Part shown: positions 8,336-18,806 of the stretch, in pieces
How the letters are laid out: each line of letters opens with the position of its first letter
Position numbering within the stretch: the stretch's first letter is position 1
Assembly (NCBI GenBank): GCA_029880545.1
Contig: JAOUOD010000002.1
Span: forward strand, 200,767-264,766
Reading direction: 5' to 3'
From: Gammaproteobacteria bacterium
Lineage (GTDB): Bacteria > Pseudomonadota > Gammaproteobacteria > Acidiferrobacterales > SZUA-150
DNA length: 64,000 nucleotides
Position numbers and translations under genes: made by a program
The notes under the pieces: generated by a model
Database searches by the model: none
The model's input: only the letters and a program-made list of their open reading frames with translations
What the model was told of the DNA's origin: nothing

Positions 8336-9306
8336 CTGGAAAACTGGCTCCAGTACGCGGTAATCATCGCGATACCGCATGCGCCGTGTTCAATAGCGGT
8401 GTTCAACATGTCTGGTGTCATGCCGCCCAGTGCAAACACAGGGATATCTGACTGCTTCGCCAGTTCGGAAAACCTGTCCCAGCCCAGTGTTGGCGCCCCC
8501 GGATGGCTCGGCGTATCCAGCACCGGTGACAACAACGCGGCATCGACGCCAAGTTGCGCTGCCTTTGTGAGCTCGGCAGCATTATGACAAGAAGCAAAAA
8601 CATAATAATCTTCCGGAAGCGGCCTTTCCATCGCCGCCATCAAAGTCTTGCTGCTGAGTTGCAAGCCATCCGCATCCAGCAGTTTCACCATTTCCGAACT
8701 TCGATTAAGAATTACACGTGCCCCGTATTTCCGGCATTTGTCCAGCACAATCCTGGCAATAGATAAATATGCCGTTTCGTCCAGGGCGGGTTCGCGCAGC
8801 TGCAACAAGCCGAGACCATGCTGTAACGCGATATCCAGGCGCCGCAGAAATTCGTCCTGACCCAGCTTGTCGACTGCGCTGATCGCATAGGTTTCAGCCA
8901 ACTGGAGTACATGCACAACAGGAAGGTTGGCCTCGGGATAATCAAGCCTTTTCATTCGGGTGATTTCGACCCAGTCAATTTCCTGCTTTTCCTTGCCATG
9001 AGGAATACCCGCATATTCCAGAACACGCCATATATCGAGATGCACTCGCTTGTCAGGATAGGCGTAAGCAATCCGCATCATCGGCATTGCCCTTGTTACC
9101 TCGATGCCAAGCTCTTCTCGCAATTCCCGCACCAGGGAGTCATAGGGCGATTCGCCGGGCTCTATCTTTCCGCCCGGAAACTCCCACTTTCCACCCTGGT
9201 GACTGCCGGGGTGCCGTCTGGAAAGGAGAACGCGCCGAGAATTTCGCGGATCGCGGACAACACCCGCGACAACCCGCAAAACCGGATCAGCTTCGGTATT
9301 CGGCAT
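8332..9306 (-). CDS. NUDIX hydrolase (MutT-like) fused to a thiamine-phosphate-synthase-like (TMP-TENI) domain
   Basis: 324 aa. The NUDIX box is GGKIEPGESPYDSLVRELREELGI. The C-terminal ~200 aa form a TIM-barrel-like ThiE-type domain (LLQLREP...VFALGGM). The start overlaps the argJ stop by 20 nt. Confidence 0.8.
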   Translation of the reverse strand: MPNTEADPVLRVVAGVVRDPRNSRRVLLSRRHPGSHQGGKWEFPGGKIEPGESPYDSLVRELREELGIEVTRAMPMMRIAYAYPDKRVHLDIWRVLEYAGIPHGKEKQEIDWVEITRMKRLDYPEANLPVVHVLQLAETYAISAVDKLGQDEFLRRLDIALQHGLGLLQLREPALDETAYLSIARIVLDKCRKYGARVILNRSSEMVKLLDADGLQLSSKTLMAAMERPLPEDYYVFASCHNAAELTKAAQLGVDAALLSPVLDTPSHPGAPTLGWDRFSELAKQSDIPVFALGGMTPDMLNTAIEHGACGIAMITAYWSQFSS

Positions 9307-10498
9307 TGATTTTCACGTAGTCATGAGACAGGTCTGTTGTCCATACCTTCACGCAATCATTGCCCTGATCAAGATCGACGGTTACAGTAATTTCTTCCCT
9401 GTTCATTACCTGTTGGCCGGCTTCCTCGGTATAGCTGGCAGCAACGCCCCCGTTCTCCACAATGGTAACCTCGTCGAGCATAATCCTGATCTTGGGCAAC
9501 TCGATATCAACAGGGGCGCGACCTACAGCCGCAAGAATTCTGCCCCAGTTTGCGTCACTGGCAAAGAAGGCTGTTTTTACAAGCGGCGAATGCGCAATTG
9601 TATAGGCGATATCAAGGCAGTCTTTTTCCGTAGCGCCATTTATCACGTTCAGGGTAATGAACTTGGTAATACCCTCGGCATCACGAATGACGTCCTGTGC
9701 CAACTCCGTTGCAATCCTGGTTAACTCTTTTTCAAATAACTCATAATCCTTGCTACCGGGTTCAATATTGATACCCGACTTTCCCGTAGCCATCAGCAGA
9801 CAGGAATCATTGGTAGAGGTATCTCCATCTACGGTGATCCTGTTGAACGAGACATCAGCGGCTCGTTCCAGTGCAACCTGGAGGTCATTGGCAGCGATAT
9901 TGGCGTCCGTAGCCATAAATACTAACAGCGTCGCCATATCCGGACGGATCATACCTGCACCCTTTGCGATTGCAGTAAGGTTGACCTCACCCGCCGACAA
10001 TTGTATGCGAGCCGATCTTCCCTTGGGCATGGTATCGGTAGTCATTATTCCCCGGGCTGCATCCACCCATGCAGCATCCTTCTGGCTCTCGACCAGACCC
10101 GGAATCGCGCCAGTAATTTTCTCCACCGGCAAACGCTGTCCAATAACACCCGTAGAAAATGGCAGCACCTCATCGGACTCTATTCCCAGTACCCGAGCCA
10201 GGGACTCACAACAGGCACGTGCGTTTTCGATACCGTCGACCCCTGTCCCGGCATTGGCATTGCCGGAATTTACAAGGGCAGCACGCACACGGCCGGACGC
10301 AAGGTGCTCCCGGCAAATGCTGACTGGCGCTGCGCAAAACCGGTTTTTGGTAAACACGGCTGCCACCTGGCTTCCTTGGTCACAAGTGATCAATACCAGG
10401 TCAGTCTTGCCGCTGGATTTAATACCTGCCGAAGCTACTGACAAACGAATTCCCGGTATTACAGCGAGATCCGTAACCGGTTCCAGTCCTACTGCCAT
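9287..10498 (-). CDS. argJ: Bifunctional glutamate N-acetyltransferase / amino-acid acetyltransferase ArgJ
   Basis: 403 aa. Full-length ArgJ-like sequence including the autoprocessing-site region (PDMATLLVFMATDA) and the C-terminal DLSHDYVKINAEYRS. Confidence 0.92.
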   Translation of the reverse strand: MAVGLEPVTDLAVIPGIRLSVASAGIKSSGKTDLVLITCDQGSQVAAVFTKNRFCAAPVSICREHLASGRVRAALVNSGNANAGTGVDGIENARACCESLARVLGIESDEVLPFSTGVIGQRLPVEKITGAIPGLVESQKDAAWVDAARGIMTTDTMPKGRSARIQLSAGEVNLTAIAKGAGMIRPDMATLLVFMATDANIAANDLQVALERAADVSFNRITVDGDTSTNDSCLLMATGKSGINIEPGSKDYELFEKELTRIATELAQDVIRDAEGITKFITLNVINGATEKDCLDIAYTIAHSPLVKTAFFASDANWGRILAAVGRAPVDIELPKIRIMLDEVTIVENGGVAASYTEEAGQQVMNREEITVTVDLDQGNDCVKVWTTDLSHDYVKINAEYRS

Positions 10499-10511
10499 TT
10501 GTTACCTCTTC

Positions 10512-10541
10512 CAGCAAAAAGGGAGCTTGTGCTCCCTTTTT
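10512..10541 (-). terminator. Intrinsic terminator downstream of secA
   Basis: AAAAAGGGAGC-TTGT-GCTCCCTTTTT is a perfect hairpin flanked by A and T runs, lying between the secA stop (10571) and the argJ start (10498). Confidence 0.6.
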
Positions 10542-10570
10542 ATCATGGCCTAAAAAAAAGACAAGCCCAA

Positions 10571-13273
10571 TCAGCTAAGTTGCCCATGACAACGTTTGTA
10601 CTTCTTCCCTGATCCGCAAGGACACGGGTCATTTCGACCCACTTTTGGCGCATTGCGAACCATTGTGCGGATCCCGTCACCCGGCTCGTCGGCGACCGCA
10701 GAATCCAGCTCGGCGTGCCGGAATTCCATCGTGGACTGGTCCGGCGCCACGGCCGCCAGCCGGTTAATCTCTTCCTCCGACTGGATCCGCAAGCGAACCA
10801 GAACCCTGACAACTTCGTGTTTTATGCGATCAAGCATATCACCAAACAACTGGAAAGCTTCGCGCTTGTACTCATCCTTCGGGTTTTTCTGCGCGTAGCC
10901 ACGAAGGTGGATGCCTTGGCGCAGATAATCCATGGCTGCCAGATGCTCTTTCCATTCCCGGTCAAGAACATTCAGCATGATGAATTTTTCTGCTTCCCGC
11001 ATTACATCATCGCCGTACTCGCTGCACTTCGCACGATACCGGTCATCCAGTTCCTGCTGTATCCTGGTTCGCAGGGCGTCTTCGGTCATCTCCTTGTCTT
11101 CATCCAGCCATTTTCGTACCGGAATCGTCAAATCGAGTTCAGCAGCCAGGTTTTGCTCAAGCGCGGCGGTATCCCATTGTTCTTCAACGCTGCCCGGCGG
11201 CATGTCCTGGTCAATGATGTTACTCAAAACTTCGTGGAACATGTTGCGAATATCGTCCGAGATATCGCTTCGATCCATAAGCTGGTTGCGCTGATCATAG
11301 ATTACATGGCGTTGGTCGTTGGCAACATTGTCGTACTCGAGCAATTGCTTGCGTATATCAAAGTTATGCCCCTCGACCTTGCGCTGGGCATTTTCTATGG
11401 CCCGGGTCACCAGTGGATGCTCTATGGATTCACCCTCCTGCATTCCGAGTTTCAACATCAGGTTGGATACCCGCTCGGAACCGAAAATGCGCATAAGACC
11501 ATCTTCAAGTGACAGGTAGAACCTGGAAGACCCCGGGTCTCCCTGGCGACCGGAACGACCGCGCAACTGGTTATCAATGCGCCGCGATTCATGACGCTCG
11601 GTTCCGATCACATGCAGTCCGCCGGCTTCAACGACCAGGTTATGTTGTGCCTGCCAGTCGCTCTTCAATTTTTCCTTTTTAACAACGTCGTCATTCGTCG
11701 CTTCCAGGGCGGCATCGATATTGCCACCGAGCACAATGTCCGTTCCTCTGCCCGCCATATTTGTGGCGATTGTTACGGCGCCGGGTCGCCCTGCCTGGGC
11801 AACGATTTCCGCTTCCCGGTCATGCTGTTTGGCATTCAGTACTTCGTGCGGTATCTTTTCATTTTTCAGAAGCCGGGAAAGGTGTTCCGAGCTCTCAATG
11901 GATATTGTTCCGACCAGGACCGGCTGCTTGCGATCATGGCAATCACGAATATCGGCGATGATGGCAACATCTTTTTCCGTCCTCGTACGATATATCTGGT
12001 CACCCATATCATTGCGAATCATATCCCGATGAGTCGGTATAACCACGACCTCGAGACCATAAATTGACTGGAATTCAAATGCCTCGGTATCGGCAGTACC
12101 TGTCATACCAGATAACTTGTCGTACAGGCGGAAGAAGTTCTGGAATGTAATTGATGCTACCGTCTGGTTCTCGCTCTGTATCGCGACCCCTTCTTTGGCC
12201 TCAATTGCCTGGTGCAGCCCGTCAGACCACCTGCGCCCTTGCATCATGCGCCCGGTAAACTCATCAATAATGACTATTTCGCCATCCTTCAAGATATAAT
12301 CCACTTCACGCTGAAATATGGCGTGGGCGCGCAACGCGGCGTTGACATGATGCAACAGTCCTATATTTGTCGCATCGTACAGATCGCCGTTCTCTTCCAG
12401 GATTCCTGCTTCGGACAGCAATTGCTCCACTCGCTCGTGACCGGTTTCGGTCAGGTATGCCTGCTTGGACTTTTCGTCTACCGTGAAATCTCCCGGTGTA
12501 AATCCATCGACCAGTTCGTCTCCTTCCTGGCGCTTCAACCCGGGGATGATGGTATTGATACGCTTGTAAAGGTCGGCACTTTCCTCGGCCGGTCCGGTTA
12601 TGATCAGCGGCGTACGCGCCTCATCAATAAGGATAGAGTCGACTTCGTCTACAACCGCAAAATTGAGCCCGCGCTGATATCTATCACTGGCATGAATACC
12701 CATGTTGTCGCGCAGATAATCGAAACCATATTCATTATTGGTGCCATAGGTAATGTCCGCAGCATATGCGGCACGCTTTTCATCCGGCGCCTGCCCGGAT
12801 GCGATCACGCCAACGGACATTCCCAGGAATCGGTAGATTCTCCCCATCCATTCAGAATCGCGACGCGCAAGATAATCATTAACCGTGACAATATGAACGC
12901 CTTTACCACTCAGGGCATTGAGGTACACAGGCAAGGTGGCCATTAGGGTCTTGCCTTCACCAGTGCGCATTTCGGAAATTTTTCCCTGGTGCAACACCAT
13001 GCCGCCAATCAGCTGCACGTCAAAATGACGCATTCCCAGCACCCGCCATGACGCTTCGCGAACAACCGCAAAAGCTTCCGGTAGCAGGTCATCGAGGGAT
13101 GTTCCGTCCTGGACACGGCTCCTGAATTCCTCAGTCTTGGCCTGCAGTTGTTCATCAGTCAGGGACTTGATACCGTCCTCAAGATCATTGATACGGTTAA
13201 CCGCCTGGCGCATGCGCTTGACCAGGCGTGCGTTCCGGCTTCCTATTATTTTGGTTAATATTTTTCCAATCAT
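10571..13273 (-). CDS. secA: Preprotein translocase ATPase SecA
   Basis: 900 aa with DEAD-like motor motifs ([28 protein letters not shown]-like, [10 protein letters not shown]) and a C-terminal zinc motif ([14 protein letters not shown]). Confidence 0.98.
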   Translation of the reverse strand: MIGKILTKIIGSRNARLVKRMRQAVNRINDLEDGIKSLTDEQLQAKTEEFRSRVQDGTSLDDLLPEAFAVVREASWRVLGMRHFDVQLIGGMVLHQGKISEMRTGEGKTLMATLPVYLNALSGKGVHIVTVNDYLARRDSEWMGRIYRFLGMSVGVIASGQAPDEKRAAYAADITYGTNNEYGFDYLRDNMGIHASDRYQRGLNFAVVDEVDSILIDEARTPLIITGPAEESADLYKRINTIIPGLKRQEGDELVDGFTPGDFTVDEKSKQAYLTETGHERVEQLLSEAGILEENGDLYDATNIGLLHHVNAALRAHAIFQREVDYILKDGEIVIIDEFTGRMMQGRRWSDGLHQAIEAKEGVAIQSENQTVASITFQNFFRLYDKLSGMTGTADTEAFEFQSIYGLEVVVIPTHRDMIRNDMGDQIYRTRTEKDVAIIADIRDCHDRKQPVLVGTISIESSEHLSRLLKNEKIPHEVLNAKQHDREAEIVAQAGRPGAVTIATNMAGRGTDIVLGGNIDAALEATNDDVVKKEKLKSDWQAQHNLVVEAGGLHVIGTERHESRRIDNQLRGRSGRQGDPGSSRFYLSLEDGLMRIFGSERVSNLMLKLGMQEGESIEHPLVTRAIENAQRKVEGHNFDIRKQLLEYDNVANDQRHVIYDQRNQLMDRSDISDDIRNMFHEVLSNIIDQDMPPGSVEEQWDTAALEQNLAAELDLTIPVRKWLDEDKEMTEDALRTRIQQELDDRYRAKCSEYGDDVMREAEKFIMLNVLDREWKEHLAAMDYLRQGIHLRGYAQKNPKDEYKREAFQLFGDMLDRIKHEVVRVLVRLRIQSEEEINRLAAVAPDQSTMEFRHAELDSAVADEPGDGIRTMVRNAPKVGRNDPCPCGSGKKYKRCHGQLS

Positions 13274-13390
13274 TGCAGCAAATTCCTGTCCCGAAATTCG
13301 GGTCTACCACCTATAAAGTTCCGGATTATGGAGCAAAAATCCGGCGGATTGAAGCAAACCGACCGGCCAATCAGCTGGTTACTCCTTCAG

Positions 13391-13426
13391 CAAATAAAAA
13401 AGCCACCCTGCAGCTGCATGGGTGGC
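13391..13426 (-). terminator. Intrinsic terminator after the M23 peptidase gene
   Basis: The minus strand reads GCCACCC-ATGCAGCTGCA-GGGTGGC followed by TTTTTTATTT, 27 nt after the stop at 13453. Confidence 0.7.
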
Positions 13427-13452
13427 CTCGCATTCTTCTGCTCTCAGTTCAA

Positions 13453-14388
13453 TCAGGATCCGCGTCGCGGACTATGCAGGTAATGCAGTGGGTCGGCCGC
13501 CTTGCCATTCCGAACCACTTCGAAATGCAAATGTGGGCCGGTTGAACGTCCAGAGGTACCTACCTCTGCCACGGGATCGCCCTTGCTCACCCTGTCACCC
13601 ACCTTGACCAATACTGCGGATGCATGCGCATAACGTGTAACGTACCCTTTACCATGGGTTACTTCAACCATCAGGCCATAACCTGTTTTTTCACCGGCGT
13701 GACTGACAACACCATCGCCCATGGCCTTGATTTTTGAACCCATTGGGCTGGCGATATCCACGCCCTTGTGAAATGCGCTTCGGCCACTAAATGGATCGGC
13801 GCGCATACCAAACCGGGAGCTTACCCAGCCACCGCCTACCGGCCAACCAGATGGCGTTACCGCCTCAGTCAACTGTCGATCCATCATTAATGATTCCAGC
13901 GCTGCCAAATGATGAGTCTTGGCTTCTACCGCTTCGGCCAGCTGGTCCAATGTAGAAATGATGTCGAAATGCTCACCTTCCGCATTTGGCTTGGAGGGGC
14001 CACCCACAGCCGGATCACTGTCGAAATCGAATTCCCGGCTATCGAGGTTGGCCATACGGGTGAGCCGGCCACCCAACGCGTCCAGGCGCAACAATCGCGC
14101 CTGCATACGTCCCATTCTTTGGGCCAAGGCATTCAAATGACTTTCGGCGCGTACCCGGGTTTTACGTAGCTCGCTACGAAGCCGGAGAACCTCATATTTT
14201 TGAGCCGCCAGAACCTCGCCATCGAGACCATAATGGCGCTGAACCATCTTGTTGATTTCAATACCAATAAACCCGAAAAAAAGAGGTAAATAGATGATGC
14301 CAACAAGGATCAATACACTGACATGACGGTGATTTAAGGTGATATGGCGGGCTTTCCCCGCTCGACTGGATACCAATAATATATTCAT
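13453..14388 (-). CDS. M23-family metallopeptidase (LytM-type), membrane-anchored
   Basis: M23 motifs are present (HKGVDIASPMGSKIKA, GPHLHFEV), with an N-terminal TM segment and a coiled coil. I prefer the ATG at 14388 over the TTG at 14427. The gene lies between lpxC and secA. Confidence 0.85.
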   Translation of the reverse strand: MNILLVSSRAGKARHITLNHRHVSVLILVGIIYLPLFFGFIGIEINKMVQRHYGLDGEVLAAQKYEVLRLRSELRKTRVRAESHLNALAQRMGRMQARLLRLDALGGRLTRMANLDSREFDFDSDPAVGGPSKPNAEGEHFDIISTLDQLAEAVEAKTHHLAALESLMMDRQLTEAVTPSGWPVGGGWVSSRFGMRADPFSGRSAFHKGVDIASPMGSKIKAMGDGVVSHAGEKTGYGLMVEVTHGKGYVTRYAHASAVLVKVGDRVSKGDPVAEVGTSGRSTGPHLHFEVVRNGKAADPLHYLHSPRRGS

Positions 14389-14430
14389 AACAACTTCAAC
14401 CTCTCTCCGTCCGCCTCCCGGGCTCAATTT

Positions 14431-15339
14431 TTATAGAGCGCCGGCACTCGCGCTTATCGGGTCTGATTCCACCGAATTCTCGATTCGAGTAATGCGCTCC
14501 CAATTGCTTGTCTCAAGCAACGTTCGAATCAGCCTGTTATTCAGGGAATGCCCGGATTTATGGGCGCGAAATGCCCCGATTATGGGGCGACCCAGCAAAT
14601 ACAGGTCGCCAAAGGCATCCAGCACCTTATGTTTTACAAATTCATTGAAATATCGAAGCTTATCTTCGTTTAGAATACCCTTATCGTCAAGCACTATCGC
14701 GTTTTCCAGTCCACCGCCCAAGATCAGGCCCTGGGCACGCAGCGCCTCGACATCACGCACAAAACCGAATGTGCGGGCTCGGCTCACATCGCGAATAAAT
14801 GAATTTGTACCAAAATTAAATGTCACTGTTTGCCCGGACTGGCGAAGCACCGGGTGCTGAAAATCGATTGAGAACTCTATATTAAAGGTATCTGCAGGCT
14901 CAAGTCGGGCCCATTTGTCACCGTCACGAACCTCGACAGGCTTCAGTATCCGGATAAATTCCCTCGGGAAATTCTGGGCAACTATGCCAGCGGACTCGAT
15001 CAGGAACACAAACGGGCTGGCACTGCCATCCATAATCGGTACTTCGGGGCCATCCACATCCACTCGCACATTATCTATGCCCAACCCCGCCAAAGCAGCC
15101 ATCAGGTGCTCAACGGTGGATATCTGGACACCATCTTTCTCCAGCACAGTAGACAGCCTGGTATCACCGACATTTTCAGGGCGTGCCGAAATTTGAACCA
15201 CCGGGTTCAGATCCACCCTGGAGAACTGGATTCCGAACCCTTCTGGGGCCGGTCGCAGCGTAATACCAACACGCTGACCGGTGTGCAGCCCGATTCCCGT
15301 GGCACTAATTGAATTCCCCAGCGTATGCTGAACTACCAT
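14431..15339 (-). CDS. lpxC: UDP-3-O-acyl-N-acetylglucosamine deacetylase LpxC
   Basis: 302 aa with a full-length LpxC-like sequence (TGIGLHTG, EHLMAALAGLGIDN, HKVLDAFGDLYL). It sits in the conserved position after ftsZ. Confidence 0.96.
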   Translation of the reverse strand: MVVQHTLGNSISATGIGLHTGQRVGITLRPAPEGFGIQFSRVDLNPVVQISARPENVGDTRLSTVLEKDGVQISTVEHLMAALAGLGIDNVRVDVDGPEVPIMDGSASPFVFLIESAGIVAQNFPREFIRILKPVEVRDGDKWARLEPADTFNIEFSIDFQHPVLRQSGQTVTFNFGTNSFIRDVSRARTFGFVRDVEALRAQGLILGGGLENAIVLDDKGILNEDKLRYFNEFVKHKVLDAFGDLYLLGRPIIGAFRAHKSGHSLNNRLIRTLLETSNWERITRIENSVESDPISASAGAL

Positions 15340-15607
15340 ATTTGGTATTCTTCCTTAAGATTCACCACTACAAATAGTAGTCGGGGAGAGGCAACCGAAT
15401 TTGCTTCCACACAGGTTTGATCGCCTCGCCCTTCTGCCCAATCCGCATATCCGTATGTGACATGGATACTCATGAGCACGGATGGAGCTTTGTTAACAAA
15501 CTACTTGTATTTAAAGACAGTTTTCCCCTTCTGTCCAGCCGAATCCCGCTGACGCTTGGTGGACGGGAGCACCGGGCTGACCAGTGGTAATTCATTTCTC
15601 CTTCATC

Positions 15608-16738
15608 TTAATCTGCCTGTTTACGCAAGAACGCCGGGATATCGAGGTAGTCCATACTGCCGGTGTCTTCGGCATTGGCGCCAGTCCGACGATGGCGAAT
15701 CACTGTTGGCGTATCAAGCTCCTCGTATGCCACAGGACCGGTACCTGTTTTTACAACCTTGTACGGCTGTTGATTCTTGGCGGGCAAACCAAGGCCCGTC
15801 GCAACAATCGTAACCCGCAGGCTTTCACCCATTTCCGGGTCAATCGCAGTTCCAATTACGACGGTAGCATCTTCCGAAGCCAGTTCCTTGACCTTGTTAC
15901 CCACTTCTTCGTATTCACTAATCATCATGTCAGGGCCTGCGGTGACGTTGACCAGGATTCCACGGGCGCCACGAATATCGACATTTTCCAGCAACGGGCT
16001 GGAGATAGCCTCAGTTACGGCAATGTTGGCGCGATCTTCGCCGGAAGCCACCGAAGAGCCCATCATTGCCATGCCCATTTCCGACATCACGGTACGCACG
16101 TCAGCGAAATCCACATTGATCAGGCCGGGGCGGGTAATCAGCTCGGCAATTCCCTGTACTGCGCCCTGCAATACTTCGTTGGCCTTGCTGAATGCGTCCA
16201 GAAGGCTGGCCTGCTTGCCCAGAATGGTCAACAACTTTTCGTTGGGAATGGTGATTACCGAATCCACGTATTCGCTTAACGCTTTTACGCCCTGGTCAGC
16301 CACTTCCATGCGCTTGCGGCCTTCGAAAGGAAATGGCTTGGTGACAACAGCCACGGTCAAAATTCCGAGGTCACGTGCCACCTGCGCGACAACCGGCGCG
16401 GCACCGGTTCCGGTACCGCCACCCATTCCGGCGGTGATAAACACCATGTCAGCTCCATCAAGCGCTTCCGCGATTCGTTCTCTATCCTCGACCGCTGCCT
16501 GGCGGCCAATGGACGGGTCTGCTCCGCAACCCAGACCCTTGGTCAGATTGGCACCGAGCTGCAGTACGGTTGCCACCGGCGAGCTGTTCAGCGCCTGGGC
16601 ATCTGTGTTGGCATTAATAAACTCAACACCTTCTATATTGGCACCAACCATATGGTTGACGGCGTTACCGCCACCACCACCGACACCAACAACCTTGATC
16701 ACAGCCTGCTGATCATATGTATCCATTAGTTCAAACAT
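15608..16738 (-). CDS. ftsZ: Cell division GTPase FtsZ
   Basis: 376 aa. It has the tubulin signature GGGTGTGAAPV and the C-terminal conserved peptide DYLDIPAFLRKQAD. Confidence 0.98.
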   Translation of the reverse strand: MFELMDTYDQQAVIKVVGVGGGGGNAVNHMVGANIEGVEFINANTDAQALNSSPVATVLQLGANLTKGLGCGADPSIGRQAAVEDRERIAEALDGADMVFITAGMGGGTGTGAAPVVAQVARDLGILTVAVVTKPFPFEGRKRMEVADQGVKALSEYVDSVITIPNEKLLTILGKQASLLDAFSKANEVLQGAVQGIAELITRPGLINVDFADVRTVMSEMGMAMMGSSVASGEDRANIAVTEAISSPLLENVDIRGARGILVNVTAGPDMMISEYEEVGNKVKELASEDATVVIGTAIDPEMGESLRVTIVATGLGLPAKNQQPYKVVKTGTGPVAYEELDTPTVIRHRRTGANAEDTGSMDYLDIPAFLRKQAD

Positions 16739-16789
16739 CTTGTTGCCCTCCTGTGTGGAATATCCTGGTAAATCAGTTCACAAGCCGCT

Positions 16790-18034
16790 TCAGAAATTCC
16801 CCTGAAACCAGCTTTTCATTCTTGCCCATACCGCCTTGGTCCCTGGTGTCGACTGCCCGGAATGGTCAAAATACTTTTCTCCGCCCTGGTGCTTTGCTCC
16901 GAACATCACCAACCCGACACCAGTTGCATAAATCGGGTTCTGCACAACGTTGGCCAGACCACCGACAAACTGGGGCATGCCGAGGCGCACCGGCATATGG
17001 AACACTTCTTCTGCCAGTTCCACCATACCTTCCAGTTTTGAACTGCCACCGGTAATCACAACACCGGAACCAATAACATCCTCAAACCCGGAACGTCTTA
17101 ACTCGGCCAACACCAGGCTGAACAATTCCTCCATACGAGGCTCAATCACCTCAGCCAGCGTATGACGCGACAATTGACGCGGCGGTCGATCACCGACACT
17201 CGGTACCTCGATGGTTTCGTCAGCAGCAGCCAGTTGTGTCAACGCACAACCGTATTTTTTCTTGATCTCTTCGGCGTGATGCGTGGGCGTTCTCAAGGCG
17301 ACAGCGATATCATTTGTTACCTGGTCGCCTGCGATAGGAATAACTGCTGTATGTCGAATGGCGCCGTCAGTAAAGACACAGATATCCGTTGTGCCGCCAC
17401 CGATATCAACTATGCAGACACCCAACTCCTTTTCATCCTCGGTGAGCACCGAGATACTTGATGCCAGCTGTTCCAGAATGATGTCATCCGATTCAAGACC
17501 GCAACGACGTACGCATTTGATGATATTCTGGGCCGCGCTTACTGCGCCGGTGACAATGTGGACCTTGGCTTCCAGCCTGACACCGCTCATGCCAATTGGC
17601 TCACGAATTCCTTCCTGTTGATCAATAATGAACTCTTGCGGAATAACATGAAGGATTTTCTGGTCAGCCGGAATGGCAAGCGCCCGCGCCGCTTCGATAA
17701 CACGATCTACATCCGATCCACCCACTTCCTTATCCTTGACCGCGACAATTCCGTGAGAATTGAAGCTGCTTATATGGCTTCCGGCGATACCGGCGTAGAC
17801 GGAATGAATTTCACAGCCCGCCATCAACTCCGCCTCTTCCACTGCTCTCTGGATTGATTGAACGGTCGACTCAATGTTTACCACCACGCCTTTTTTGAGA
17901 CCTCGTGACGGGTGGTGCCCGACACCGATTATTTCTATATCGCCCGTGGCCGAGATTTCTCCGACAATAACCAGCACCTTTGAAGTACCGATATCCAGCC
18001 CAACTATCAGTCTCGAATCATCACGTTTTGCCAT
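16790..18034 (-). CDS. ftsA: Cell division protein FtsA
   Basis: 414 aa with an actin-like ATPase fold (GLDIGTSKV, VDIGGGTTD) and a C-terminal amphipathic helix. It lies between ftsQ and ftsZ. Confidence 0.97.
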   Translation of the reverse strand: MAKRDDSRLIVGLDIGTSKVLVIVGEISATGDIEIIGVGHHPSRGLKKGVVVNIESTVQSIQRAVEEAELMAGCEIHSVYAGIAGSHISSFNSHGIVAVKDKEVGGSDVDRVIEAARALAIPADQKILHVIPQEFIIDQQEGIREPIGMSGVRLEAKVHIVTGAVSAAQNIIKCVRRCGLESDDIILEQLASSISVLTEDEKELGVCIVDIGGGTTDICVFTDGAIRHTAVIPIAGDQVTNDIAVALRTPTHHAEEIKKKYGCALTQLAAADETIEVPSVGDRPPRQLSRHTLAEVIEPRMEELFSLVLAELRRSGFEDVIGSGVVITGGSSKLEGMVELAEEVFHMPVRLGMPQFVGGLANVVQNPIYATGVGLVMFGAKHQGGEKYFDHSGQSTPGTKAVWARMKSWFQGNF

Positions 18035-18037
18035 AAC

Positions 18038-18805
18038 TTACCCCTTCATCCTCCCGGCATCGGTTCCGGTAACCGTTTCCGCATCCTTGCTGCCCGCAAC
18101 ACTGAATCCGTTTGTATAACGCAGATCGACACGCACCAGACGGCCTTCATGTACTTGTTTCAAATCAGGGTACACATCGATAAATCGCTGCAAGCGCTCG
18201 GCAATCTCGTTTCTGCCCAGTAGCAGTTCGGTACCATCCTGCAAACGTATACTCCACGATCGTCTGTCACTGAGACTGACAGCCTGCATTTGCAGACCGG
18301 CAACCGCGAGCATGTCCCTGAACCTTGTATAGGCGGCATGTACCAGGTTCGCGGTTCCCGCGGGACCATCCAGTCTCGGGAAAGCTGGCTCAGGCACGTA
18401 GTCACGATCCAGTGCGACAACATCTCCCTGGTGGTTAAGCCATTTGTTCTCTTGCCAGTGCGCCATCAGGTGTTGCTCTCTGTATTCAATATGCAGACCT
18501 GAAGGCCAACGACGCGTTACTGATGCACGAAAGACCCACGGCAGGCTTTCGATATCCGTCCGGATGGCGTCCAGATTAAGCATCAGGTAATTATCCAAAA
18601 CATGGTTGTACAATTTTCTTTCGATATCCACCCTGCTGACACGATTGAATTCACCTTGCAGCTGAATCTCGTTGACTGGAAAAGTGGCGGCACGAAAAAT
18701 CCAGTCAACAACTATTACCAACATCACCAGCGCAACAATTGCCACAATAACCACAAGCACCTTGCGATACGCGGGATGATTCTGGTTCATCGCGGCAGTT
18801 TCCAT
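18038..18805 (-). CDS. ftsQ: Cell division protein FtsQ
   Basis: 255 aa, a bitopic protein (TM segment VLVVIVAIVALVMLVIVV) with a POTRA-like region. The ATG lies 1 nt after the ddl stop. Confidence 0.9.
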   Translation of the reverse strand: METAAMNQNHPAYRKVLVVIVAIVALVMLVIVVDWIFRAATFPVNEIQLQGEFNRVSRVDIERKLYNHVLDNYLMLNLDAIRTDIESLPWVFRASVTRRWPSGLHIEYREQHLMAHWQENKWLNHQGDVVALDRDYVPEPAFPRLDGPAGTANLVHAAYTRFRDMLAVAGLQMQAVSLSDRRSWSIRLQDGTELLLGRNEIAERLQRFIDVYPDLKQVHEGRLVRVDLRYTNGFSVAGSKDAETVTGTDAGRMKG

Positions 18806-18806
18806 A

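Noticed and set aside
13290-13302. Palindrome CCCGAA-A-TTCGGG in the secA leader.
   Set aside because: A 6-bp stem only, with no additional context (E. coli-type secM regulation is absent because an M23 peptidase gene occupies that position). Function cannot be argued from sequence.
15777-16712. 311-aa ORF antisense to ftsZ. Similar long antisense ORFs: 21862-22920 opposite murG, 53716-54642 opposite hisH/hisA, 47951-48583 opposite the protease gene, 38224-38880 opposite yraN/SIS, 9750-10553 opposite argJ.
   Set aside because: These are typical GC-rich shadow ORFs opposite strongly supported genes. Their composition is biased (Ser/Pro/Arg/Ala-rich), they have no RBS, and they show no recognisable motifs.
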